Positions 1 to 9,169 of a DNA stretch of 33,098 bases are shown here, piece after piece (position 1 is the first letter of the stretch; every line of letters starts with the position of its first letter). A program made the translations under genes and the position numbers. The notes beneath the pieces are model-generated. The model had not been told where the DNA came from. It saw only the letters and a list, made by a program, of their open reading frames with translations, and did not search any database. The stretch is from Patescibacteria group bacterium (GTDB lineage: Bacteria; Patescibacteriota; Microgenomatia; UBA1400; PJMF01): NCBI GenBank assembly GCA_049322655.1, contig JBMORP010000002.1, positions 238,915 to 272,012 on the forward strand. Reading direction: 5' to 3'.

Positions 1-1215
1 GCTAGCCCAACGTTCTTCTCCGCCGAGGTATTTAGCTGGTTCATTGGGATCGTGGAGTGACAGCCTCACCTGCAAGTCAAAACCAAAAGCCCCGTAAAAC
101 TTCTCAACAATGTCCCAAACTGCATTAGCTTCATCTTTAACTTGATTGGGTCGACAAAAAACATGAGAGTCATCTTGAGTGATAGCTCTGACGCGTGATA
201 AGCCGTTCAATTCTCCGGTTTGCTCATCACGATAAACCATAGTGGTATTAGCATAACGTTGGGGCATTTCACGGTAACTCATCTGCTTACGAGCAAAGAT
301 TTGAGTGTGATGAGGACAATTCATCGGTTTCATCACAAATTCATGACCCTCCCGTGTCACCATCCTGAATAGTTCATCACCAAACTTATCCCAATGACCA
401 CTGGTTTGATAAAGATCTTTCTTGGTAATATGAGGGATCTCTACCTTTGAGTAACCACGGGCTTTTCGTAATGACCACACAAAATCATCAAGCAAGACTC
501 TCATTTGGGTGCCTTTTGGCGTCCAGAGTGGTAAACCAGGACCAACTAAATCAGAAAAAGTAAATAAATCTAAAGTTTTTCCTAATTTACGATGATCACG
601 TTTCTTAGCTTCTTCTAGTTTATTAATATAAACATCCAATTCAGTTTGGGAAGCAAAAGCTGTCCCATAGATTCTGGTCAGCATTTTATTCTTTTCATCT
701 CCTCGCCAATAAGCACCAGCCACACTCAAAAGTTTGAAAGCTTTGATTTCACCGATTTTTTCAACATGAGGGCCACTACAAAGATCAACAAAAGCTGATT
801 TAATTTCTACTCCACCAGTTTTTAAACTAACTTCATCGGCTTCAACTTGATCCTTAGTCCCAGTTAAATAAACCGTCACTGGTTGTTTATCACCTTCAAT
901 TTCATCTAACCATTCTTGTTTGAATGGATTATCAGCAAACAATTTTCTAGCTGTTGCTACAGACACTTCTACTCGCTTCATCAAAAAATTGAGTTGAATA
1001 AGCTTCTTCATTTGTTTTTCGATCTTGGGAAAATCAGCCTCACTAATTTTCAAATCACCGGTCACATCAAAATCAAAATAAAAACCCTCATCAGTAGCTG
1101 GCCCCATCGCCATGATCACTTTATCTTGGCTGTAAAGTTGGTGCATGGCCAAAGTCAAAACGTGTTCTGCTGAATGTCTCAGTTTCCATAATTGATCAGC
1201 TGATTTTTTATCCAT
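1..1215 (-). CDS. thrS: Threonine--tRNA ligase, 5' part (runs off left edge); lacks N-terminal TGS domain
   Basis: Not in ORF track. ATG at 1215 reads MDKKSADQLWKLRHSAEH...; editing motifs HSAEH and DLCSGPHV; YWRGDEKN, RDHRKLG, KPMNCPHH and GLSRVR are typical ThrRS motifs; frame open to position 1. Confidence 0.97.
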   Translation of the reverse strand, partial: MDKKSADQLWKLRHSAEHVLTLAMHQLYSQDKVIMAMGPATDEGFYFDFDVTGDLKISEADFPKIEKQMKKLIQLNFLMKRVEVSVATARKLFADNPFKQEWLDEIEGDKQPVTVYLTGTKDQVEADEVSLKTGGVEIKSAFVDLCSGPHVEKIGEIKAFKLLSVAGAYWRGDEKNKMLTRIYGTAFASQTELDVYINKLEEAKKRDHRKLGKTLDLFTFSDLVGPGLPLWTPKGTQMRVLLDDFVWSLRKARGYSKVEIPHITKKDLYQTSGHWDKFGDELFRMVTREGHEFVMKPMNCPHHTQIFARKQMSYREMPQRYANTTMVYRDEQTGELNGLSRVRAITQDDSHVFCRPNQVKDEANAVWDIVEKFYGAFGFDLQVRLSLHDPNEPAKYLGGEERWAS

Positions 1216-1282
1216 ATTTCCTTTTCTTCAAGTTGTTGTTGCAACTATGTTATTGTACTTGCTTTTAACTGTTTTTTGATAC

Positions 1283-1306
1283 TAAAAAACCCCTCTTGCA
1301 AGGGGT
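1283..1306 (-). terminator. Attenuator terminator (3:4 hairpin) of the thrS leader
   Basis: Minus strand ACCCCT-TGCAAG-AGGGGT followed by TTTTT, between the leader peptide and thrS. Confidence 0.85.
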
Positions 1307-1339
1307 GTCATGTCTTTTATCAGCCACACACAACACACC

Positions 1340-1390
1340 CTAGCCAAGGGTTGTAGTTGTGATGGTGGTAACAAAAGCACTAAGTATCAT
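1340..1390 (-). CDS. Thr-rich leader (attenuator) peptide, 16 aa MILSAFVTTITTTTLG
   Basis: ATG at 1390, TAG at 1340-1342; 6 Thr among 7 consecutive codons, directly upstream of thrS and followed by attenuator hairpins. Confidence 0.85.
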   Translation of the reverse strand: MILSAFVTTITTTTLG

Positions 1391-1398
1391 TACACGTG

Positions 1399-1426
1399 AT
1401 TATAACCCAACTTTTAAAAAAAACAA
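1399..1426 (-). promoter_or_regulatory. Putative sigma70 promoter of the leader-thrS transcript
   Basis: TTGTTT-16 nt-TATAAT (TATAAT at 1399-1404), 8 nt before the leader ATG. Confidence 0.55.
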
Positions 1427-1430
1427 AAAA

Positions 1431-2711
1431 CTAATTGGTTTTTTTTGAAAAGTCTAGATCTTGAAGCTCTAACATTTTAATTTGTTTTGGCTTTCTACGA
1501 CTATAGTAACCATCATAGTTCTTAACTCTTTTACTATCTTTGGCAAAAAGCGTGTGTAAATACCAACGCTCTTTAGTTACTTTACCAGCTTCGTCTTTCA
1601 AAAATAAAACCAAGCCATCTTTAGTTACTTTGAACTGAGGAGTTTTGGGATTAGACAAACTAAAACGATGGGCCACGGAGCCATCTTCCTCCTGACAAAT
1701 AATGCCAGAAATATCTTCTGGTGGCCGAGCTATTTCCTCACCTTTAACATTAACAAAAGTCTCTTTATCTGGAACAGCAAAAGCTTTATCAGGCTCCGCC
1801 ACTATAATTGGCTCACCATATTTACCCTTAATTACCTTGTAAAAAACTTCGATCCCTTCTGGAGCTAAGTTAACAATTTCATACTTATCTTCCCAAACTT
1901 TAAATGTCCATTGATTAACTTTGTACTCTGCTTTTGGCCGATTTTCTGGATCAAGTGCTTCAAATTTTCTTTTTAAACGCTTATGAAGTTGCTTGGCCAG
2001 TCTTTTTAAATCAGTACTATCTTTTAAAAGTTCTTGCCAAGACTCTGGTTTCTCTTGGTCAATAAATTCACCACTGGCAACAAAGTTAATATCTTGTAAT
2101 TCACTAACTTCAACTGTCGCAGGCTTTTCCAAAACATAATAAGCATCGTAGTTTTTAATTCTGTTTTTATCTTTAGAAAAAAGAGTTTTTAAGTACCACC
2201 TCTCACCGTTAATTAACAAACCATCCTCAGTCTGTTCAATTACCCGCTCACCCTTACCACTCAAACTAAAACGGTGAGCTACAGAACCATCTGCATTTTG
2301 GCAAATCACACCAGCAATCTTCATTTCTGGCTTAGCAATTTGTGTTCCTTTGACATCGGTAAAACTAACTCCTTCTGGTAAAGCAAACGCTAAGGTTGGT
2401 TCGGCTGTAATAATTGGTTCACCGTATTTACCATTTTCCATGGCATAAAAGCGATCAATGTCACCAGTCTCATCCGGGTTAGCCAACTTGTAATGATCAG
2501 CCTCAATCACTAGTTTCCATTGGTTAAACTGTGCTTCAAATTCTGGGGCTTGTTCTTGCTCTGGTTGGTGACGATTCTTCAATTTATCAATTGCAATTCG
2601 AGATAATAAATTCCAATTATCCTTGGGTTGATCTTGAATACTTTGCTCGATCTTTTGTTGCCACCAATCAGCTGAACTAATGTTTTTAGTAATATTTATA
2701 AATTTTTCCAT
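1431..2711 (-). CDS. Hypothetical protein made of two tandem copies of an unrecognised ~200-aa domain
   Basis: 426-aa ORF; GKYGEPII, ICQxxDGSVAHRFSLS, ERWYLxTLF and KNYDxYY each occur twice; TGgTATAAT upstream at 2743-2751. Confidence 0.85.
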   Translation of the reverse strand: MEKFINITKNISSADWWQQKIEQSIQDQPKDNWNLLSRIAIDKLKNRHQPEQEQAPEFEAQFNQWKLVIEADHYKLANPDETGDIDRFYAMENGKYGEPIITAEPTLAFALPEGVSFTDVKGTQIAKPEMKIAGVICQNADGSVAHRFSLSGKGERVIEQTEDGLLINGERWYLKTLFSKDKNRIKNYDAYYVLEKPATVEVSELQDINFVASGEFIDQEKPESWQELLKDSTDLKRLAKQLHKRLKRKFEALDPENRPKAEYKVNQWTFKVWEDKYEIVNLAPEGIEVFYKVIKGKYGEPIIVAEPDKAFAVPDKETFVNVKGEEIARPPEDISGIICQEEDGSVAHRFSLSNPKTPQFKVTKDGLVLFLKDEAGKVTKERWYLHTLFAKDSKRVKNYDGYYSRRKPKQIKMLELQDLDFSKKTN

Positions 2712-2759
2712 AATAAAGTTTCCATTTTTTTAAGAAACCTTAATTATACCAAATCAACC

Positions 2760-4715
2760 TTAGCCGGCTCCCCCACCGCCACCGCCACCGCCACCACCGC
2801 CACCTCCAGATGATCCGCCACTAGAACCAGTGCCACTGGCTCCAAAACTTTTAGTTGAAGAGGTTGTAAATGAGCCCAAAGCAGTATCCAAAGCACTAGA
2901 AAAACTAGCAAAAGAGGAAGAAAAACCATGAGTATGACTATGACCAACCCAAACAGCAGTAATTGTGGGATCATTGAGATCAAAACTAACTGGCAGCTGA
3001 GAAAGAGCTTTGGCAGAAACACCTAGCAAAGTACCGTAAACAAGATATTTTTCCCAAAGAATAACTGAATCAATTGGATACTCCTTTGTTTTGCGATAAT
3101 CCTTCATGTGTTTGGCAAAGGCCCGCCATAATGAAGCTTCTTTCAAGCCTTGGGCTGTATAGTTGAATTTAGTGGCAAAAATCCCCCAGAAAACTGTTAA
3201 AAATAACATTGGTTGAGCTAAACCAAACATAAAAATAAAAAGAGCAGCTGGAGTAAAGTACTCTCCGAGCCAAACCACTTGAAAAATTAGAACAGCTAAC
3301 GCAAGAACAAAAATCAGCACAATAGGTAAAATTTTCTTGAAAAAACTTGGCCCTTTTTTAGTATCAATCAGTCCCTGTTTTTTATTATTAGTAAAAGCCT
3401 TAGTTTCTAAAGCTTTAATTAGGTGATAACCACTTCTGGGATGGTTTTTACTATACTTAATTAAGTCCTTAAACCACAAAATATCATGTCCTTGGGCTGC
3501 TCGCTCGAATAAATAGTTAAAAACTAGTTTTTGCAACTCACTTGGTTGTTTATTGTTTTTAAGTTTTTGAAAACCATATTCATATTTTTTGAACAACAAA
3601 CCCTGCTTATCATCACTGCGAATAATCTTGGCAAATTTATCTTGAACTAAAGATAAGGCCGTAGCGATAAAGGCTTTGGTTGATAGACTCTTGCTGTGTT
3701 TGACTATTTGCTCAACTGAAGCTGGCTCTAAATTACTAGGTGGTTCCCAAAACCGATCAGCCTGGTTTGCTTTGTGAACTCTTTGTCTATCATTAAAAAA
3801 CCAGTTAAAAAATGACCACAAACCAACTATCCAAGCTAAAACTGCCAAACTGCTTTGAATTTTGCTAAAAATCTCATTTCTACCCAGCCACAATTTGGTT
3901 TCTTCAATAAATTTGTTTTCTTGTTTGTTGATCTTATCCCTAGAAAAAGTGCCTTTAGCTCCAGCAAAAAAGCTTGTTTTGGGTAGAATAATCCTAGCTT
4001 CGGTCATCTTTCCGGGGTTAACTCTTGGTACGGTAATTTGCACTGTTTTTTCATCTACAATTGTAATTGTGCCACTGAGTTCACCATGCAACCAAGCCTG
4101 AATTTCGTCACCTTTAATTCCAGCTGGTAAAGTCAGATTAACCAAAACATTTTTTTGAGCAACTTCCCATTCGTTACCAATAAATTGCCAATAAAGTTCA
4201 GCTACATCATCATGTAAAGTCACGGCATTATCGACTAAATAGTTAACTGTAAAAACTTTGGTCTTATCAATTGCTGAGTAGTGCCATTGCAAATAGACTT
4301 CTTTTTCGTCTTGAAAAGTAGTAAAAGTCCCAGCAGGGTTACTCCTTCGATCTTCGAAGTTAATTTTATCGGGATCAATAAATCGATAACAATTTTGTTC
4401 ATCACAAATACTTTTAATTCTGACTTGATAAGGCTCTGTTCTGCCTGGGTTAGTTGTTTGCTGGGGTTGTTTGTTGATTCGCTGATAAGCAAACCGGAAA
4501 TCCCCAGAAAAAACATAGGTACGTTGTTCACTGACCTCCATTGAACCATCTGGGTTAATTTTGGCGTTAATTTGAACAGCTTGAATTTGGTATTCCCTGT
4601 CCTCAGCAGCCTGAGTTTTAGTAGGACAAATTAAAGAAAAAAGAGTAAAAAATAACAACCAAACCATTTGTAAACTAATCATCCTTTTGAAAGTATTCAC
4701 TTTTGTTAATTTCAT
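2760..4715 (-). CDS. DUF2207-family membrane protein
   Basis: N-terminal signal, INPDGSMEVSEQRTY, ELYWQFIG, TM helices, WEKYLVYGTLLGV and a Gly-rich C-terminus. Start is likely ATG 4715 or 4682, because the 4838 start overlaps the L10 leader. Confidence 0.88.
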   Translation of the reverse strand: MKLTKVNTFKRMISLQMVWLLFFTLFSLICPTKTQAAEDREYQIQAVQINAKINPDGSMEVSEQRTYVFSGDFRFAYQRINKQPQQTTNPGRTEPYQVRIKSICDEQNCYRFIDPDKINFEDRRSNPAGTFTTFQDEKEVYLQWHYSAIDKTKVFTVNYLVDNAVTLHDDVAELYWQFIGNEWEVAQKNVLVNLTLPAGIKGDEIQAWLHGELSGTITIVDEKTVQITVPRVNPGKMTEARIILPKTSFFAGAKGTFSRDKINKQENKFIEETKLWLGRNEIFSKIQSSLAVLAWIVGLWSFFNWFFNDRQRVHKANQADRFWEPPSNLEPASVEQIVKHSKSLSTKAFIATALSLVQDKFAKIIRSDDKQGLLFKKYEYGFQKLKNNKQPSELQKLVFNYLFERAAQGHDILWFKDLIKYSKNHPRSGYHLIKALETKAFTNNKKQGLIDTKKGPSFFKKILPIVLIFVLALAVLIFQVVWLGEYFTPAALFIFMFGLAQPMLFLTVFWGIFATKFNYTAQGLKEASLWRAFAKHMKDYRKTKEYPIDSVILWEKYLVYGTLLGVSAKALSQLPVSFDLNDPTITAVWVGHSHTHGFSSSFASFSSALDTALGSFTTSSTKSFGASGTGSSGGSSGGGGGGGGGGGGGAG

Positions 4716-4723
4716 GATATAAT
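4715..4723 (+). promoter_or_regulatory. Extended -10 promoter of rplJL
   Basis: TGaTATAAT just 5' of the L10 leader. Confidence 0.6.
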
Positions 4724-4733
4724 TTTGTTTCTG

Positions 4734-4824
4734 TTTCCTAAGACAGTGTGTCCAACTACAAGTTGGTGAAATGTCACACCGAGGAGAGATGCTTAAAATA
4801 CCGTCCGCTTTGTTGGACTTTTTT
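4734..4824 (+). promoter_or_regulatory. L10 leader (ribosomal protein L10(L12)4 autoregulatory RNA) with downstream terminator-like hairpin
   Basis: CCTAAGACAG-TGTG...CACA-CCGAGG core matches the L10-leader pattern; upstream of rplJ; GTCCG...TGGAC plus T6 at 4803-4824. Confidence 0.75.
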
Positions 4825-4949
4825 ACCTCTTTTCTCATTCTACATTTCTTTCACTGCATAAGAAACCGCACCTTAAAAGGCTTGTGGTGAAATAAAACTT
4901 ATTTCCCTACAAGAAAGAAAATTATTAAGTAGTAGAAGGTATTCGCTGT

Positions 4950-5465
4950 ATGCCAAACCAACACAACTTGGAGCAAATCGAGATCTTGAAAAAGAAACTT
5001 GATCAGGCACAGTCAGCAGTAATCGTCGAATATCAGGGCACTACCGTTAACGACCAAGTCGAACTCCGCGCTGCTTTAACCGCTGCCGGTGGCGAAATGT
5101 TTGTTACCAAAAACACCCTCATCGATATTGCTGTCGGAAAAGGCAAACTAGCCGATTCTTTGACTGGTATGAATGCTATCGTCTTCTCTTTTGAAGATCC
5201 TGTGGCTGCCTTGAAAGCTCTTTTCAAGTTCCACCAAGACACCGAGAAATTGGTGATCAAACAGGGTTTCATGGAAGATAAAGTTTTAACTTTTGAAGAA
5301 GTTGAAGCTCTTAGCAAACTACCTGGTAAGCAAGAACTGCTCACCACTTTGGTGGTCAGACTTCAAGGCCCAGCCTATGGCTTGGTCAATGTCCTTAAAG
5401 CTGGACAAAGAGATCTTGTATATGCTCTGCGTGCTCTCCAACAAAAACTGGAGACCACAGCTTAA
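4950..5465 (+). CDS. rplJ: 50S ribosomal protein L10
   Basis: 171 aa; VEYQG...ELR...VTKNTL and [11 protein letters not shown] motifs; precedes L7/L12. Confidence 0.97.
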   Translation: MPNQHNLEQIEILKKKLDQAQSAVIVEYQGTTVNDQVELRAALTAAGGEMFVTKNTLIDIAVGKGKLADSLTGMNAIVFSFEDPVAALKALFKFHQDTEKLVIKQGFMEDKVLTFEEVEALSKLPGKQELLTTLVVRLQGPAYGLVNVLKAGQRDLVYALRALQQKLETTA

Positions 5466-5498
5466 TTAAAAAGTAATTAACAAATAAAAAGGAAAAAC

Positions 5499-5903
5499 AT
5501 GTCAGAAGACACAAAACAACTCTCCGCTAAAGTGGAGAAAATCGTTAGCGCTGTTTCCGAACTTTCCCTTATGGAAGTTTCTGAACTCGTTAAAGCTTTA
5601 GAAGATAAATTCGGCGTTAGTGCTGCCGCCCCAGTCATGATGGGTGCTATGCCAGCCGCTGGTGGTGAAGCCGCCGCTACCGAAGTTAAAGATGAATTCG
5701 ACGTTATTTTGAAAGACGCCGGATCCAACAAAATCGGGGCTATTAAAGCCGTTCGTACCTTGAAACCAGAATTAGGTTTGGGTGAAGCTAAGACTTTCGT
5801 CGAGTCAGCTCCAAAAACCGTTTTGGAAGGTGCTAAGAAAGAAGATGCAGAAGCTGCTAAGAAAACCTTAGAAGAAGCTGGTTGTGTCGTTGAATTAAAG
5901 TAA
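5499..5903 (+). CDS. rplL: 50S ribosomal protein L7/L12
   Basis: [45 protein letters not shown]. Confidence 0.98.
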   Translation: MSEDTKQLSAKVEKIVSAVSELSLMEVSELVKALEDKFGVSAAAPVMMGAMPAAGGEAAATEVKDEFDVILKDAGSNKIGAIKAVRTLKPELGLGEAKTFVESAPKTVLEGAKKEDAEAAKKTLEEAGCVVELK

Positions 5904-5936
5904 TTTACTTTATTCAAATTTAACTTAAGCAACAAG

Positions 5937-5963
5937 AAAACCCCGCTGCAAAGCGGGGTTTTT
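5937..5963. terminator. Bidirectional rho-independent terminator
   Basis: AAAACCCCGCT-GCAA-AGCGGGGTTTTT between convergent rplL and the next gene. Confidence 0.9.
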
Positions 5964-5986
5964 GCTTTAACAAACTAAAAGAATAA

Positions 5987-6310
5987 TTAAGCTATTATTT
6001 TTCCTCTTCTAGTAACATATTTTTCTCCCCTGGCCAAAAAATCTTGATGAACCTGTAGAGCTTTTGCCGCGGCTTCATCAAGTTTTTTCTTGGCTAGTTT
6101 TTTCTTTCTAAATTCATAAATTGGGATTGCTTCCCATTCTTGGTGAGCGGCTAATAGTTCATCAAGAATTTTTGCTTCTAAACTGTTTTTAGGAGCATTC
6201 CTAGCAAATATGTGATTTTTAATACGTTCTCTATATTTTTCTTCAACAATCTCCTGAGCTTTCTGCTCAATTTCAGCCTTGATTTTTTTGATTTTAGTAA
6301 AAAATTCCAT
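5987..6310 (-). CDS. Hypothetical basic helical protein (~107 aa)
   Basis: Likely ATG at 6310 (MEFFTK) with AAGGG upstream; ends at the shared terminator. Confidence 0.65.
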   Translation of the reverse strand: MEFFTKIKKIKAEIEQKAQEIVEEKYRERIKNHIFARNAPKNSLEAKILDELLAAHQEWEAIPIYEFRKKKLAKKKLDEAAAKALQVHQDFLARGEKYVTRRGKIIA

Positions 6311-6338
6311 AAAAAAATAACCCTTTTCAACAACAAAG

Positions 6339-7793
6339 CTATTCAAAGAAATCAAACCAAGAAATATTCTTTACTTTATTAGCCTTTAACTCATAGTTAA
6401 ACGGAATTTTACAAACATCAGACACAAACTTTAACACTTTACCGATCTTAGTTTTTTTTAGCTTATTTTTCTTTTTCTTTAGGTCTGCAATTACTTTACT
6501 TTTTTTTTGCTCAACTTCAACTGGCTTAAAATCATAAAGCTTGAGGTCTGCAATTTCACTGAGATAGTCATTTAGTTTTTTTGGGTTAGAAGCCTCAACA
6601 CAATAGTAAAAAACAGCTTCAGCCTGATTACCATAAATACGAATTAAGTCTCCTTCTTTATAAAACTTAACTAAATCTTTGACATAATCATATTTTTTTA
6701 ATTTATAGATGAAATCTTTTTTAAAAAGACTGGTTTCATAAGTGAAAACTGCTTTTTGCATTACACAGTTGTTCTTTGTTTTTTTAAACTCAACTTGTTC
6801 ACCTAAACTCAGTTGATATGCGGCTTTGGCTAAATCCAATCCATAGGCCCGATAATAACCTTGAGCAATCGGCCCTCCAGCAATTCTTGCCCCAACTTCT
6901 ATTAAAATAACTTGATCTCCATTAACCTTCATTTCGCAATGAAAACCACAATTATCAAAATTCAGTGCTTTTAAAATTTTTTTTGTCTCTGCATAAATTT
7001 TTTGTTTATTCTTTAAAATGTGTTCGCTCACTGGAGGAATAAAATTAAATTCAGGCACTAATAATGGGTCCGGAGATAAAAAATATTCAGCAAAACCAAC
7101 TATTTTTGGCTTTTGGTTTTGTATCACTCCATCAACAGAAATTAAAGAACCTTCAATAAATTCTTCCAAAATAAACAAATTATCACCATCAAATCTATAA
7201 GAGAAATACTGATTCATTTCATTTTTTGCCAGGTTAAATGCTTTGGTTACTTCTCTAGGATTTTGGGGATTATTAATCTTTATTACAGCCAAACTATGAT
7301 TGCCATCATGAGGCTTAATCACCACTGGAAACTTGAGTTTTTTGCAAAGCAACTTAAGTTCTTTGAGAGTTTTAAAAAAATGATAGTAAGGAGTCTTGAT
7401 TCCTTTTTCTTTACATCTCTCTCTCATCACATATTTATAAAAAGAGCTATTAATCACCGCTGACGGAGAAATAAAAGTCTTGTCTAATGCCGAAGCAACA
7501 CAACTTGCCTGAAAAGTATATTCTTCAACAAACGTAGTTACTCCATCAAACTTGATACCATTTTTTTCTTGAAAAACCAAAACATCCTCAATAAAAGTTT
7601 CAAAATTAGTATCCTTAGATAGAATTATTTTCTTTTTGGGAATGTAGTTTAAAACCCATTTTTTCTCTATTAAGTCTTGTTCCGTTAACAAGAGGTAGAG
7701 ATCAAGCCCCAACTCTTTTGCTTTAGCAAAAGTGTGCGTTTTATTTATCCCTCCGGAATTAATGATTAAAACTTTTTTATTCTTCAAAGTCAT
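6339..7793 (-). CDS. ATP-grasp ligase (L-amino-acid ligase-like)
   Basis: FPVVIKP, EEFIEG, GFHCEMK and IEVGARIAGG ATP-grasp motifs. Confidence 0.88.
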   Translation of the reverse strand: MTLKNKKVLIINSGGINKTHTFAKAKELGLDLYLLLTEQDLIEKKWVLNYIPKKKIILSKDTNFETFIEDVLVFQEKNGIKFDGVTTFVEEYTFQASCVASALDKTFISPSAVINSSFYKYVMRERCKEKGIKTPYYHFFKTLKELKLLCKKLKFPVVIKPHDGNHSLAVIKINNPQNPREVTKAFNLAKNEMNQYFSYRFDGDNLFILEEFIEGSLISVDGVIQNQKPKIVGFAEYFLSPDPLLVPEFNFIPPVSEHILKNKQKIYAETKKILKALNFDNCGFHCEMKVNGDQVILIEVGARIAGGPIAQGYYRAYGLDLAKAAYQLSLGEQVEFKKTKNNCVMQKAVFTYETSLFKKDFIYKLKKYDYVKDLVKFYKEGDLIRIYGNQAEAVFYYCVEASNPKKLNDYLSEIADLKLYDFKPVEVEQKKSKVIADLKKKKNKLKKTKIGKVLKFVSDVCKIPFNYELKANKVKNISWFDFFE

Positions 7794-7983
7794 AACTCAA
7801 AGGTGATAATAACATTATTTATATTTTTTAAAAAGCAAAACTGCTTATATTTGACCTAGTTTGAAATTCACTATTGACCCAGTTCAGTTTATTCTGTTAC
7901 CTTGGTATATAGATTTGAAAAATTCTGATCTATATTGCACCATTCACCGCGGATGCAGTATTAACACTTAGGAAAGGATCTGC

Positions 7984-8262
7984 ATGACTGATGCATCTGC
8001 CACCGTCTCTGAGATGGACGACAAAAAAACCGGCCGAGCCAACGATGCCGCCAAGCTAGATATTAATAACCTGCCAGACTTACTTACAGTTCGTGAAGTG
8101 GCAGACCTACTTAGAGTTTCCCCTCTTACCATCAAACGTTGGGGTAAGCGTGGCAAACTTCCAGCAATCAGAATTAACTCCCGTGGTGACCGTCGCTATA
8201 AAAAAGAAGCAGTGTTATGGTTACTAGGTGTTAATCCAGCAGAAACTCCTGACGAAGATTAG
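7984..8262 (+). CDS. Small MerR/excisionase-type HTH DNA-binding protein (BldC-like)
   Basis: LLTVREVADLLRVSPLTIKRWGKRGKLPAIRINSRGDRRY; SD AGGA upstream; own terminator. Confidence 0.88.
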   Translation: MTDASATVSEMDDKKTGRANDAAKLDINNLPDLLTVREVADLLRVSPLTIKRWGKRGKLPAIRINSRGDRRYKKEAVLWLLGVNPAETPDED

Positions 8263-8284
8263 TTTCTAAAAAAAATAGACGTTT

Positions 8285-8316
8285 ATACTCCCGTTACCAA
8301 CGGGAGTGTTTGTTTT
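8285..8316 (+). terminator. Rho-independent terminator
   Basis: ACTCCCGTT-ACC-AACGGGAGT followed by a T-rich tail. Confidence 0.8.
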
Positions 8317-8365
8317 ATTAGCCTACTTTACTATTAACCAATCTACTTTAATATAAATTAATAGA

Positions 8366-9169
8366 TCATTTTTTCTTTAACAAATCTATAATGGCCAATT
8401 TTATAAACTTAGCTAATTTCAACTGTCTTCGCCACCGACTTGGTTCTTGCCATAATCTAAACAACCATTCCAAGCCCATCACTCTCAACCCTAGTGGTGC
8501 CCGCTTTAATTTTCCCAACAGTAAATCAAATGATCCACCAACAGCCATTACTAATTTAACCTTACTGCTTGTTAATAGTTCTTCATGGTCTACAATCCAT
8601 TTTTCTTGCCAGGGCGCACCAAAAGCCACAAACACTAGGTCTGGCTGTTCCCTTTTGATTAGTTTGACTAAAGCAAGTTCTTCCTCTTTCGTCGGCTGAG
8701 CTACCTTTTGGTAAGCTGATTGCCAAAGTAAGGTGAGTTTTTTGGCGGTGGCCAAACCTGATACTGAAATCTGGTGCAACTTATGTTGGTAATCCCTGCC
8801 ACCAACTAACAAAACTTTCCAGGATTGATCACTGGCTAATTTTAGTAATTTTTCTACTATATCAACTCCAGCGATCCTTCGTTCAACTCCTTTTTTACCA
8901 ACTAATTTATCGGCTAACTGACTAAAAATCACCACCCCTACCCCATCTGGCAATAAAATATCTGCTTGATCTAAAAGTCGAGAGAAGTCTTTATTTTCAG
9001 CAGCTAAAACAAACTGCTCTGGATTGGGGGTGAAAACCTTAATGACTTTTTTAGTCCTTATAATTTTTTCACTAATGCTTTCTATCAGTTGACTCTCATC
9101 TTTGCTAAAAAGAGATTTACCTAGAAAAAGGACTGTTTCATAAGTCTTTTTTGTGTTTTTTTGCTTCAT
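8366..9169 (-). CDS. WecB/TagA/CpsF family glycosyltransferase
   Basis: TPNPE, PDGVG, RIAGVD, PDLVFVAFGAPWQEKWI, VGGSFD, GLEWLFRL. Confidence 0.93.
   Translation of the reverse strand: MKQKNTKKTYETVLFLGKSLFSKDESQLIESISEKIIRTKKVIKVFTPNPEQFVLAAENKDFSRLLDQADILLPDGVGVVIFSQLADKLVGKKGVERRIAGVDIVEKLLKLASDQSWKVLLVGGRDYQHKLHQISVSGLATAKKLTLLWQSAYQKVAQPTKEEELALVKLIKREQPDLVFVAFGAPWQEKWIVDHEELLTSSKVKLVMAVGGSFDLLLGKLKRAPLGLRVMGLEWLFRLWQEPSRWRRQLKLAKFIKLAIIDLLKKK

Noticed and set aside
1216-1430. T-box riboswitch before thrS
   Set aside because: No T-box antiterminator consensus or stem I; the leader-peptide attenuator explains the region.
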